A DNA stretch of 64,000 nt from Planctomycetota bacterium (GTDB lineage: Bacteria; Planctomycetota; PLA2; JAEUHO01): the NCBI GenBank assembly GCA_965222115.1, contig CBDCTJ010000003.1, positions 503,948-567,947 of the forward strand, written 5' to 3'. The position numbers were made by a program, and so were the translations under genes. A model generated the notes under the pieces. That model was not told where the DNA came from and did no database searches. It saw only the letters and a list, made by a program, of their open reading frames with translations. Below are positions 19,251-29,162 of the stretch, in pieces. Each line of letters opens with the position of its first letter. Positions within the stretch are counted from its first letter, which is position 1.

Positions 19251-20951
19251 ATGCAGCGCGGACCTCGCTTTCCAGCACTAGGCCTTCTTTGTATTGCCGC
19301 CATTGCAATTGCCGGATGGCTAATCTCGTATAGCGTTGACGAATCGCATCAATCGATATCCGAGTCGCATCTAGCGAATACACCATCGAAGAATCACGAG
19401 CCACTCGTGGCCTCGCCCAAAAAGCTAACTACAGCGCCAGTCACATTGCGCTCGTCGAAGGTCCGGAAAAAATTGAACGGCGGGCGGTTCACCGTAACAG
19501 CTCTAACGCAGTCGGGAGTACCACTAGCGCAGGCAGTCTTGATGGTTACCGACGGACGCTCCAAATTCTACGCCGGTACAGACGCCGCGGGCCGAGCCAC
19601 CATTTGTGATATCCCGTTTGATGGTTCGTACTCTGCATCAATCATTTCCGCGGGACGCCTATTGCCTGGCATACGTGCAAGCGCTGATCGGGCGCGAACC
19701 TGTTCATTCCCAATCACGGAACAATCACTCGATATCATTCACCCACAGAGGATCCTGCTGACATTTCACGCGGTAGACGCGACCACCGGAATGCCCCTAG
19801 AAGACGGGGTCATTCGACTCGCCGACAGATCGTTACTCGCCGATCCAAATCCAACCATCGTAGACGCGCAAGAACCCATACGTCTACCAATAGGGACGAG
19901 ACTAAATGTGTCATTCGACGTACAAGCGCCCGGCGGCACGATCGCGGCGGATCCAATGTCCATCTCGTCGCCGATTAGTATCTATGCCAAGCGTGTGGAG
20001 ATGCACTACCCGCTCCGGCAGGAAGCACTCATCTACGCGAACGACAACTGGCCAACAAGAACGTCGCAGCTTCCAGAACTGTTGGACGTGAGCGTTGAGT
20101 ATCGCGACGTCGGTGAGCCCAAGTTCGAGTCGAGTATCGGCAATCGTGTGCGTATCAGAGGTATACCTCATTTCCCAAATACCCGGCTGTCGGTGCGCGC
20201 GCAATTCTTCAGCGGAGAAGTAACTGAATCGTATACGCACACGACGATGCCGAAGGATGCTTGGATCCCCATCGAACTCGACAAGTTGATCACGGTTGCC
20301 TTGGGCAAGAACCTTCAACACACGAGTAGTTGGGGTAGACATACGAGAATCGATTCACCCATAGATTGGCCAACACCGCGCTTCGGCGGCAAGCGAACAA
20401 CTGAGGGAACCGCACGCGCAACTGTTACCGTCGTTCGACGCAACGGGGAACCGGCACGTGGTTCGACGGTCAGTATAGCGGGGCAGCATGTGATGACTGA
20501 TGCCTATGGACGCGCGACTCTGTCCACCTTGCCCGATGGAAGGCACCGCGTTTTCGCCGCGCTACCGGGCATGGTGTGCGCGAAGAGTGAGATCCACGTC
20601 TCCGCAGGACGTCCTGCAACCGACTTGCGTCTTACGGAACCCAAAGGACTCACAATCGATCTAGCCGTCGAGGACCATCGAGGCACGCCAACTCCCTACG
20701 CACAGGTCTACGTGGCGCAAGAGAGCGGAAATCCATGGGTCGATCTACAAGACGGAGTACAGCGACTCGACCGCTACACGGATTACCTGGGCAAAAAACG
20801 ACTGTGTCACGTCGAACCCGGCAAGATAAAGATAATCGTCGCGTGGGCCTGCAAGCGACACGAAGCGTCATTCGAACTGCGCGATGCATCCATCGTTCAC
20901 GAGCTTCGAATTCGTATGAAGGATCCACTCGGTGACTCAACTGCCAAGTGA
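19251..20951 (+). CDS. membrane-anchored carboxypeptidase-regulatory-like domain protein
   Basis: N-terminal TM; G-x-P-L/A...TDAAGRA and TDAYGRA repeats. Confidence 0.75.
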   Translation: MQRGPRFPALGLLCIAAIAIAGWLISYSVDESHQSISESHLANTPSKNHEPLVASPKKLTTAPVTLRSSKVRKKLNGGRFTVTALTQSGVPLAQAVLMVTDGRSKFYAGTDAAGRATICDIPFDGSYSASIISAGRLLPGIRASADRARTCSFPITEQSLDIIHPQRILLTFHAVDATTGMPLEDGVIRLADRSLLADPNPTIVDAQEPIRLPIGTRLNVSFDVQAPGGTIAADPMSISSPISIYAKRVEMHYPLRQEALIYANDNWPTRTSQLPELLDVSVEYRDVGEPKFESSIGNRVRIRGIPHFPNTRLSVRAQFFSGEVTESYTHTTMPKDAWIPIELDKLITVALGKNLQHTSSWGRHTRIDSPIDWPTPRFGGKRTTEGTARATVTVVRRNGEPARGSTVSIAGQHVMTDAYGRATLSTLPDGRHRVFAALPGMVCAKSEIHVSAGRPATDLRLTEPKGLTIDLAVEDHRGTPTPYAQVYVAQESGNPWVDLQDGVQRLDRYTDYLGKKRLCHVEPGKIKIIVAWACKRHEASFELRDASIVHELRIRMKDPLGDSTAK

Positions 20952-22847
20952 AATTCCCATTCGACCGGCATCAAGTGTGAGTGTGACCTCCTTGATTCCA
21001 CGAACAACGACCACTTCCACGGTCTTGGCGCCGGAGTCCTTCACTTGCTGAATGGCATCGATAAGGTCCTGCACTGCATCGATTCGCTTCCCGTTGTACG
21101 TCGCCAAGTAATCGCCGCGCCTCACGCCTGCCTTTCCAGCATTCCCATCCTTTTGAACGCTCGCTATGCGCAGCGTAGGCGCTGCGAATTGCTCATCTAA
21201 TGGGCCATAGAGTATGAGAAATGAGCGAACCACGTGACTCGCCTTATTGACTTCTGCCTGTGGCGGTGACTTCTCTTTGCCACTGAAATCGTAGCGACTC
21301 GGCTCATAGTTCAGCAGCCATGTTCGGCTCGTCGTTAGAAGCGGGGACACATCAATCCACCAGGGATGCACAACATCACCAGGCGCCCAGCCAGCACGCG
21401 AGTACTTCCAAGTGCCAAACTGAGGCCGGTTGGGATTCAAGTAGCAGTCGGTTTTCCACAGCACATTCTCAAAGCGCTCGCTTTCCTGCGATTCCCCTTC
21501 GGCGCTCACGACGATCGCGCGCTTGGAACGCGTAAACTCCCCCACCTGTGAATGGCCGGTAGTGGTCGTGACGATGCGCGCCTGCCTGACGTCGTCGTCG
21601 ATCTCCACAGTTCGAGAGTCAAAGAAATCCCGAAAGTGATTTTCGTCGGACTTGTACTTTGCGGTTCCGTGCCAAAGTGGAACTACCTTGATCGGTGCCG
21701 TCTCAGGGGCGCCGTGATAGAAGTCGAGCGACACGCTCATCATATAGCCACGGTTCTTGTAAAACGTGGTGCCTGCAGCGATTTCGAACTTGCGCTTCCC
21801 GGTGAGCAAGGGGCGAAAGTGCGAAATGTCCACCTGCCAATGACAGGGTGTGCGGTACGACGTGATGAAAGGCACGATGCCGAGCTTTTTTCCCTCGTCG
21901 TCGAAGATCGATATCTCGCCGTTGCGATCCCACTCGTCCCAGTCCTTGCCCGCGTCGTGGATGTCCAACGTGAGAATCACACGACCTAAGGCCCACTTGA
22001 TAGGCGGCAAATCGACAGTCGTCTGATAGGCAGTCTTCGAGTTATTCGTAAGTACATGATTAAACACGCCCACGTGTAAGGGCGCTCGACGCTTCTTCGC
22101 TTTGGCACCTACCGTTTCCGATAACTGCTTCACATCAAATTGTGTTGAAGCATCCTTTCGCGTGCCGGCGAAGAACCCAATCCGAGACTCATACGGCAGG
22201 AGCCCCGCCACAAAATACTTGTCGTACACCGACTCACCGGCAACGCGAACCGATACGTCGGCACCGCCAATTCCATGAGCCACGACCACCTCGACGTCGG
22301 CGAAGTCGCCTCGAAACTCCTTGGGCGCCACGCGTTTCACAAGCTCACGCCCATCGAAATGGAGCGAGATTTCTCGCTCGGGGTTTCCCATGTAGTTGCC
22401 CCACGCGCTGAACGGACTCTCATCCTTCGGATTGTGAACATCGAACCCTATGCCAAATGACCCCTTGAGATCGGGCGCTACGACGTCAGACAAATACGGC
22501 GCCGCACCTCGCCTTCCAAAGTGGGCGGTATTGAGAAACGCGATCGACCCACCATCACCGCCTTCAAGCACCCGCAGCTTGAGTTTCAACGTGCGCGTCT
22601 CATAGGCCCCCGGATGCTCTACGTCGTACCCGGCGGTATTGGATTGGTTCGCCGTCTTGGCGGCATCGAGCAGAAGGAGGACCTCGCCCTCGCTCTTCGG
22701 CCCTTCACCCTCTCGATACGTACTGAGCTGAGGTGTTTGTTCGCTGGGCTCGGGCGATGCGAACGCCAACGACGAACTCGTTACAAGAAGCAGATAGAGC
22801 GCGATGTTTAATGACCGTCGAACTGTCTGGTGGGCGGTGGTTTGCAT
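20937..22847 (-). CDS. peptide-N-glycosidase F-like protein with N-terminal lectin-like and C-terminal PDZ domains
   Basis: DEWDR, FITSY, GH..GEF and PQFGTWKYSRAGWAPG motifs. PDZ motif AGKAGVRRGDYLATYNG at the C-terminus. Signal peptide present. Confidence 0.8.
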   Translation of the reverse strand: MQTTAHQTVRRSLNIALYLLLVTSSSLAFASPEPSEQTPQLSTYREGEGPKSEGEVLLLLDAAKTANQSNTAGYDVEHPGAYETRTLKLKLRVLEGGDGGSIAFLNTAHFGRRGAAPYLSDVVAPDLKGSFGIGFDVHNPKDESPFSAWGNYMGNPEREISLHFDGRELVKRVAPKEFRGDFADVEVVVAHGIGGADVSVRVAGESVYDKYFVAGLLPYESRIGFFAGTRKDASTQFDVKQLSETVGAKAKKRRAPLHVGVFNHVLTNNSKTAYQTTVDLPPIKWALGRVILTLDIHDAGKDWDEWDRNGEISIFDDEGKKLGIVPFITSYRTPCHWQVDISHFRPLLTGKRKFEIAAGTTFYKNRGYMMSVSLDFYHGAPETAPIKVVPLWHGTAKYKSDENHFRDFFDSRTVEIDDDVRQARIVTTTTGHSQVGEFTRSKRAIVVSAEGESQESERFENVLWKTDCYLNPNRPQFGTWKYSRAGWAPGDVVHPWWIDVSPLLTTSRTWLLNYEPSRYDFSGKEKSPPQAEVNKASHVVRSFLILYGPLDEQFAAPTLRIASVQKDGNAGKAGVRRGDYLATYNGKRIDAVQDLIDAIQQVKDSGAKTVEVVVVRGIKEVTLTLDAGRMGISLGS

Positions 22848-22892
22848 GCCAGAACACTACGCGCAACACAGCTCGCGCTAAAACGAATGTAT

Positions 22893-23783
22893 CTAGTGAA
22901 TCAGCACGCAGCGCGCGCCGTCGTTCCAGGCGACACCACCGGGGCCCACTGTAGACACTTCGGCGGGGGAAATGCCCGCACTCGGGTCGCTCAAGTCGAT
23001 GCGATAAATCGTGCCACTGTCGTTGTCACTGAAGAAGGCATTGCCATCCCACGTCATGTAACCAGCACCGAGCGAGCGATGCGTACTAGGAATACCGGTG
23101 TCGCCGAGATTCGTCGTTTCGCCCGTAGTCGGGTCAATACGCCACAGGTCTCGCGTGTCGGGATCGGGGCGTCGATGGACGCCGTAGAGGAAGCCGTCTT
23201 GGAGTGAGTAGACCCAGTCGCCGATGTAGCCCGGGCGCCCCTCGCCGATGTACGGTGTCCAAGTGACCTTATTCATATAGTCCGGCGAGTGGGGATTGAC
23301 ATCTACAGTAATCATGCCGTCGGCGGATCCCTCCGACATGATCAATTTTCCGTCGAGTGTAACGTCACCGATGTACATGCGGGCTGGCACATTTGGTTGC
23401 ACGTCCGCGGGTACCGGTACAAGCACCACGTCTACATCTACGCGATCCGGAAGCACAGTCGCAACGACAATCGAAAGCGTGGTTGGGTCCGCCGCGTCCT
23501 GTTCACGCGCGATCCCGTAGATCTTGTGGTCAATCGGATTGTATCCAATGGCGTTTATCTGATCATCGAAGTTATCGGGTAGCAGGGTTGCATCGCCCGT
23601 CCCAAGGTCTACCTGATAAAAGTCGCCCTCCGCGCCTTGCACCATGTATCCATACGAACACAACGCTCGCTGAGAGGGAGTGAGCGCGGCCATCAGTCCT
23701 TCGTTACCGCCGCAACCACAACTTGACGCGAGCGATGCAATCAGGACGAGCAGCACGGCGTGTATTAGGGATCGAGCGTTCAT
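22893..23783 (-). CDS. secreted/lipoprotein beta-propeller (DUF6923-like)
   Basis: INAIGYNPID.KIYG, DW.Y...DG.LYG, G.IYRIDL and terminal NDGARC motifs. Confidence 0.75.
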   Translation of the reverse strand: MNARSLIHAVLLVLIASLASSCGCGGNEGLMAALTPSQRALCSYGYMVQGAEGDFYQVDLGTGDATLLPDNFDDQINAIGYNPIDHKIYGIAREQDAADPTTLSIVVATVLPDRVDVDVVLVPVPADVQPNVPARMYIGDVTLDGKLIMSEGSADGMITVDVNPHSPDYMNKVTWTPYIGEGRPGYIGDWVYSLQDGFLYGVHRRPDPDTRDLWRIDPTTGETTNLGDTGIPSTHRSLGAGYMTWDGNAFFSDNDSGTIYRIDLSDPSAGISPAEVSTVGPGGVAWNDGARCVLIH

Positions 23784-24038
23784 AGAGCCTCACAGGGGGA
23801 GCGCACGTGCCCCTCTCGACCTGCGAGCACCCAATCTTGACGGGAAACCGCCTGGCGAGGCCAAGGCGGACGAATTGAAGTTGGGGGAAGTATCAGCTCG
23901 ATTCAACTGCGGCCTTCAATGGCGAAACATGCCCCATGGTTCGTGAATTCAAGTGCCGCTCGCTTCCCTACCTTGCGCGCCGTGACATTGGTCACCATCC
24001 AAGCGCTCCATGAGCAAGAAAGGAGTGAAGGAAGCACT

Positions 24039-24066
24039 TTCACACATGACATTGAGCGTGTGTGAA
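24039..24066. promoter_or_regulatory. inverted repeat upstream of the RND operon (putative operator)
   Basis: TTCACACA-N12-TGTGTGAA, ending 35 nt before ATG 24102. Confidence 0.4.
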
Positions 24067-24101
24067 TACGATACGCCGTTCTCCATCCCGAGGATCTCGC
24101 A

Positions 24102-25346
24102 ATGCGCGTGGCAGCGGTCGCACTCTTCTTCTTGATTCTGATCTTTCCGGTCCAGGCAGCGCTCGCGCGCGGTGGTCCACCCAGGCGGGCCAAACCTGTG
24201 AAGGCCGCGGCGCTTGAACGGCGTTCGGTTCAGGCCGGTCGCAGCTTCGTGGGCACGATTGAGCCCTCGCGACGCTCGCAGGTGAGTGTGGAGACGGCGG
24301 GGTTGGTTGTTACACGCCCTGCGACACTCGGGCAGCGGATCGAAGCAAAGTCAACCATTGCGACGCTACGGGCCGACGTCATTTCAAAACTGATTCTGAT
24401 TGCAGAGGCGCGTGTTACGAAAGCGACCCGCGCATTAGAAGTATTGCAGAACGGCGCACGCGAAGAGGACAAGCGCGCGGCTGCGGCGCGTGTTGTGCGA
24501 TCCAAGGCAACGCTTGACACGGCGCGTTGGAAGCTCTCGCGGGTGAAACGGCTCTACGACGACGGGCGCAAAGTGCCGGAAGATGAAGTGCGCTCGGCAT
24601 CACTCGCGGTCACGGTGGCAGAACGCGATTTGGAAGCCGCCAACGCGGAGCTCGACAAACTCCGGGCGGGCGCGCGCGCCGACGAGATTGCACAAGCGCA
24701 AGCCGAAGTTGCCGTGCAACAGGCCGAAGTGGGCCGGTTGAAACTCGTCGAAAAACAACACACGGCAAAGGCTCCATTTTCCGGCTACGTGGTTGCTGAA
24801 CGAACAGAAGTCGGACAGTGGGTGCGGGCCGGTGATCCGGTGGTGGAACTTGTTGATTTGGATCACGTGGACGTCGTGATTCCCGTGCTCGAAGACTTCA
24901 TCGGCGGGGTCGTAGTAGGAGCGACGCAAACGGTGACGATTCCGGCGCTAGGCGACACGCCCTTTGACGGCAAGATCGTTGGCATCGTTCCTCAGGCCGC
25001 AACCGGTACGCGCACAATTCCGGTTCGCATTCGCGTCAAGAACAAGATCACCGACAGAGGACCCATACTCAAGGCGGGCATGTTTGCCCGCGTCTCGCTG
25101 CCGGTAGGCAAACCAACCAAAGCACTGATGGCACCGAAAGACGCGCTCAAACTGGGCGGGCGCCAGCCGGAAGTTTTCGTCGTCGATCCAGAGTCAAAGC
25201 GTGCACTGCCCGTGCCCGTAACGCTGGGCGTAACGGACGGTGCATGGATTGAAGTTCGCGGTGCGGTCCAAGAAGGTCAACAGGTAGTCACCAAAGGGAA
25301 CGAACGTTTGATTCCCGGTGACGTCGTTCAGGTGGAGGCAAAGTAG
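24102..25346 (+). CDS. RND efflux periplasmic adaptor (MFP)
   Basis: Lipoyl halves, long alpha-hairpin, APFSGYV, LKAGMFARV and VVTKGNERL motifs. Confidence 0.92.
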   Translation: MRVAAVALFFLILIFPVQAALARGGPPRRAKPVKAAALERRSVQAGRSFVGTIEPSRRSQVSVETAGLVVTRPATLGQRIEAKSTIATLRADVISKLILIAEARVTKATRALEVLQNGAREEDKRAAAARVVRSKATLDTARWKLSRVKRLYDDGRKVPEDEVRSASLAVTVAERDLEAANAELDKLRAGARADEIAQAQAEVAVQQAEVGRLKLVEKQHTAKAPFSGYVVAERTEVGQWVRAGDPVVELVDLDHVDVVIPVLEDFIGGVVVGATQTVTIPALGDTPFDGKIVGIVPQAATGTRTIPVRIRVKNKITDRGPILKAGMFARVSLPVGKPTKALMAPKDALKLGGRQPEVFVVDPESKRALPVPVTLGVTDGAWIEVRGAVQEGQQVVTKGNERLIPGDVVQVEAK

Positions 25347-25348
25347 CC

Positions 25349-28300
25349 GTGGGCTTGATTGGCTCATTCGTTGCGAATCCGGTCAAAGTATCGGTGGGCG
25401 TCCTATTGCTGATTCTTTTTGGATCGCTTGCATTGGATCGCATGCCCATGCAGCTCACGCCCGAAGTGGCGCGCCCCACGATCACGGTGACCACCCGTTG
25501 GTCCGGTGCCAGCCCTCAAGAAGTTGAACAGGAGATCATTCAGGAACAAGAGGAGCAACTGAAGGGCGTCGAAGGCATCTACAAGATGACGGCGGAGTCG
25601 CAGGACTCGCAGGGAACAATCACTCTGGAGTTTGACGTAAACGCCGACATGCGCGAGGCATTGGTGAAGGTCAACGCGCGTCTCAACCAAGTGCCCGAAT
25701 ACCCCGAAGAGGCCGACCAGCCGGTTCTGTCTACCGCCAATTCATCGGACACCCCCATTGCTTGGTTCATTCTTCGTCCTCGCATTCCCTCCAACGAGGA
25801 AGTCGAAGTATTCCTCAAAGAACATCCCGATCTTCGAGAACCACTTTCGTCCTTCTTAAGCGTGACCAACACGGGGCTGCGACACAACCGTTTGACTGAG
25901 ATCGCCGAGAAGCACCCGGCCATTAAGCCGCTGTTGCCGGTCGAAATCGACATGCAGAAGCAGTTGCGCTTCGCAGAAGACACGATTGAAGCACGCTTTG
26001 AACGCGTGGAGGGCGTATCCAATTCCAACGTGTTGGGTGGACGCACGGATGAAATGCGCGTTGTGGTCGATCCGTACCGCCTCTCGGTGCACGGGATCAC
26101 CCTGGATGCCGTTCGGCAGGCCCTGCGCGGCGCGAACGCGGATACGTCGGCGGGTGACTTCTGGGAAGGCAAGCGACGGTACGTCGTGCGAACGCTCGGG
26201 CAATTTAAGAGCATTGCCGATGTGGAGTCGGTGCTCCTACGAAACAGCGAAGGCGGGCCCATCTACATTCGTGACGTCGCGCGCGTCGAACACAACTACA
26301 AGAAGCCCGATTCCATGGTCGCCTCTTTCGGGCTCACGGTTCTCGCGCTCAACTGTATTCGTGAATCGGGTGCCAATGTTATCGAAGTGATGGAGGACCT
26401 TTACAAGGCGCGCGAGGAGCTCAATCGAGGCGTCCTGCGTGACCGTGGTCTGGTACTTGAACAGGTCTACGATGAAACGGAGTACATTCACTCCGCCGTG
26501 GGCCTAGTCCAACAGAACATTGTGCTGGGCGGCCTCCTAACAATCCTCGTATTGCTCGTGTTCTTGCGCAGTATGCGATCGACGCTGGTGATCGCTCTTG
26601 CCATTCCCACCAGCATCATTGGGACGTTTCTTATTCTGGGACTTCTTGGCCGTTCGCTCAACGTGATTAGCTTGGCCGGACTCGCCTTCGCGGTTGGCAT
26701 GCTCGTTGACAACGCCGTTGTTGTTCTTGAGAACATCTACCGCCATCACCAATTCGGCCTGAGTCGTCGCGAGGCGGCGGTGCGTGGCGCCAAGGAGGTG
26801 TGGGGCGCGGTGATCGCATCCACCCTCACAACGCTCGCCGTCTTTCTACCGATTCTCTTTATTCGAGAGGAGGCCGGTCAACTCTTCAAGGATATCGCGC
26901 TTGCGATTAGTGCGTCGGTCGGGCTATCCCTGCTCATCTCGATAACACTGATTCCTACAGCATCGGCTCGAATGCTCGCCAAGCATCGCAGTGAGCATAC
27001 AGGAACCGGCGAATCGTTCTGGCAACGACTATTGACGCCGCTCTACATTCCGGCACGAGCATTCGTGAATGCGCTCGTCGGATTTCATCGTTGGCTTTCA
27101 GGCGGCGTGGTCCGGCAACTTGCATTGGTGGCCGTACTCGTTGCAGGCGCGGTACTTGGAACAATGGCACTCTTCCCCAAAGTTGAGTACTTGCCCACGG
27201 GCAACCGAAATCTCGCTATCGGCTTCCTATTGCCCCCACCGGGCTACAACCTCAATGAGCTCATCGACATGGGCGAACTCGTTGAGAAGCGGCTCAAGCC
27301 CTATTGGAACGTGGGCGCCGATGATCCCAAGCGTCACGAACTCGACTTTCCCGCGATTGAACACTTCTTCTTTGTGGCGCGCGGGCGATCGGTGTTCTTG
27401 GGCGTACGCGCCATGGATGAAACCCGCGCAAGCGAGCTTGTGCCCCTCATTGAGAATGCCGTGAGTGGCCTCCCGGGCGTCATTGCGTTCGCGCAACAGA
27501 CGAGTCTCTTTGGTCGCGGTCTGGCTGCCGGACGCACCATCGATATTGAGATCTCAGGCCCCCACCTGCCACAACTCGTGAGACTCGGTGCCGAAGTATT
27601 CGTGAAATCTATGGGAGTCGTGCCCGGTGCACGAGCGCGCCCCTCACCAAGCCTCGACCTCAGCAATCCGGAAGTTCATGTGATTCCGAGGCGTGAACGA
27701 GCGGCCGAGTTGCGAGTGGACACACGATCGCTTGGTTACATGGTCAATAGTCTTGTTGATGGTGCGTATGCAGGCGACTATTACTTGAATGGCGAGAAGA
27801 TTGATCTCACGCTCATTGGTGCCGAAGGACTTGTCGATCGCATGCAAGATCTTGAGGCTATGCCTATTGCCACGCCACAGGGAGGATTTGTACCGCTTGG
27901 CGCGATTGCCCGCGTTACGCCAGGTGGCGGTCCCGAACAGATCAATCGCCGTGAGCGCGAACGAACGATTACGATTCAGGTTACGCCGCCGGAAGCGACG
28001 GCGCTCGAAATCGCACTCAACGACATCGAGGAAAAGATCGTTGCCCCGCTCTTGGCGAAGCCCGATCGCAGCTATCAGATCAACCTGTCGGGTACGGCCG
28101 ACAAGTTGACCGCCACGTGGAAAGCACTCAGCTTCAATATTGCGCTGGCCGTGCTGATTACCTATCTCCTACTCGCGGCGCTGTTCGAGTCGTGGCTCTA
28201 CCCATTTATCATCATCCTGAGTGTGCCACTTGGTGCCGTCGGCGGCTTCCTTGGACTGTGGCTGCTCAATCACTGGGTGTTTCAATCGCTCGACGTGCTC

Positions 28301-28675
28301 ACGATGATTGGGTTTGTCATCCTGATTGGCACTGTAGTGAATAACGCGATTCTGATTGTTCACCAGAGCCTGGTTCACGTGCGCGAAGAGGGTATGGGGC
28401 CCAATGAAGCAGTTGCGGAAAGCGTTCGCAATCGCGTGCGCCCCATCTTCATGACGATGACCACCACCGTGTGTGGCCTACTTCCGTTGGTGCTCTTTCC
28501 CGGAGCGGGCAGCGAACTGTATCGAGGCCTCGGCAGTATTCTCATTGGTGGGCTCATCGTCTCAACAGTCTTTACGTTACTGCTGGTGCCAACGCTTATG
28601 CGGCTGGTGTTCTCGCTCAAGCTGGGCATCATGAGAGCGATATCCGGAAAACGACCCGACACCGCTTCGAGCTAA
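25349..28675 (+). CDS. RND efflux permease (AcrB/AcrD/AcrF family)
   Basis: GMLVDNAVVVLENIYRH, GTVVNNAILIV and RVRPIFMT motifs; 1108 aa. Confidence 0.95.
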   Translation: MGLIGSFVANPVKVSVGVLLLILFGSLALDRMPMQLTPEVARPTITVTTRWSGASPQEVEQEIIQEQEEQLKGVEGIYKMTAESQDSQGTITLEFDVNADMREALVKVNARLNQVPEYPEEADQPVLSTANSSDTPIAWFILRPRIPSNEEVEVFLKEHPDLREPLSSFLSVTNTGLRHNRLTEIAEKHPAIKPLLPVEIDMQKQLRFAEDTIEARFERVEGVSNSNVLGGRTDEMRVVVDPYRLSVHGITLDAVRQALRGANADTSAGDFWEGKRRYVVRTLGQFKSIADVESVLLRNSEGGPIYIRDVARVEHNYKKPDSMVASFGLTVLALNCIRESGANVIEVMEDLYKAREELNRGVLRDRGLVLEQVYDETEYIHSAVGLVQQNIVLGGLLTILVLLVFLRSMRSTLVIALAIPTSIIGTFLILGLLGRSLNVISLAGLAFAVGMLVDNAVVVLENIYRHHQFGLSRREAAVRGAKEVWGAVIASTLTTLAVFLPILFIREEAGQLFKDIALAISASVGLSLLISITLIPTASARMLAKHRSEHTGTGESFWQRLLTPLYIPARAFVNALVGFHRWLSGGVVRQLALVAVLVAGAVLGTMALFPKVEYLPTGNRNLAIGFLLPPPGYNLNELIDMGELVEKRLKPYWNVGADDPKRHELDFPAIEHFFFVARGRSVFLGVRAMDETRASELVPLIENAVSGLPGVIAFAQQTSLFGRGLAAGRTIDIEISGPHLPQLVRLGAEVFVKSMGVVPGARARPSPSLDLSNPEVHVIPRRERAAELRVDTRSLGYMVNSLVDGAYAGDYYLNGEKIDLTLIGAEGLVDRMQDLEAMPIATPQGGFVPLGAIARVTPGGGPEQINRRERERTITIQVTPPEATALEIALNDIEEKIVAPLLAKPDRSYQINLSGTADKLTATWKALSFNIALAVLITYLLLAALFESWLYPFIIILSVPLGAVGGFLGLWLLNHWVFQSLDVLTMIGFVILIGTVVNNAILIVHQSLVHVREEGMGPNEAVAESVRNRVRPIFMTMTTTVCGLLPLVLFPGAGSELYRGLGSILIGGLIVSTVFTLLLVPTLMRLVFSLKLGIMRAISGKRPDTASS

Positions 28676-28696
28676 TCCGGACGAGGACGTTCAGAG

Positions 28697-29074
28697 CTAT
28701 TCGTATGCCTCGTCCAACGCCCTCTCTTGTTCGTCGCTTAGTCGACAAATCACCTCCGGGGCGGGCAGTGCGACCGAATCCACCAGCCATTCGAAGATCT
28801 GATCGACGATACCAAAATGACTCCGCGCGCGTTTCACACAGCGACGAATGGCCTCGGCATGCGCCAGCGTCACGCAGAGCGTGGCATCGTCAAACTCGAC
28901 AATGCCTACGGCAAGAAACCGTTCTAAAGCTTGCCGAACCTCTCGTCTCATGGGCACCGCGTGATTCAACCCGTCAGCGGCTTTGATGACATGACTTAGC
29001 GTAAGAGGCGCCTGGTCACGAGATACATACACCGCTGCAAGAATCCATGCATCGCTGTGGTCCCATCGTGTCAC
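28697..29074 (-). CDS. hypothetical protein (possible winged helix)
   Basis: SDAWILAAV...LSHVIKAADGLNHAVP...LERFLAVGIVE pattern. Confidence 0.6.
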   Translation of the reverse strand: MTRWDHSDAWILAAVYVSRDQAPLTLSHVIKAADGLNHAVPMRREVRQALERFLAVGIVEFDDATLCVTLAHAEAIRRCVKRARSHFGIVDQIFEWLVDSVALPAPEVICRLSDEQERALDEAYE

Positions 29075-29162
29075 TTGTTCTGAAGCTCCTGTTTTAACTC
29101 TACTGGGTGCATCAGATGTATTAGACGTTGGGCTTCGGACTCAACCACAAACAGAGCCGATG

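Noticed and set aside
23839-23935. c-di-GMP-I riboswitch (GGGAAACC...GGACG)
   Set aside because: Only the first hairpin resembles it; the GCAAAG junction and P3/P1 closing elements are not evident. An Infernal search with the c-di-GMP-I model would settle it.
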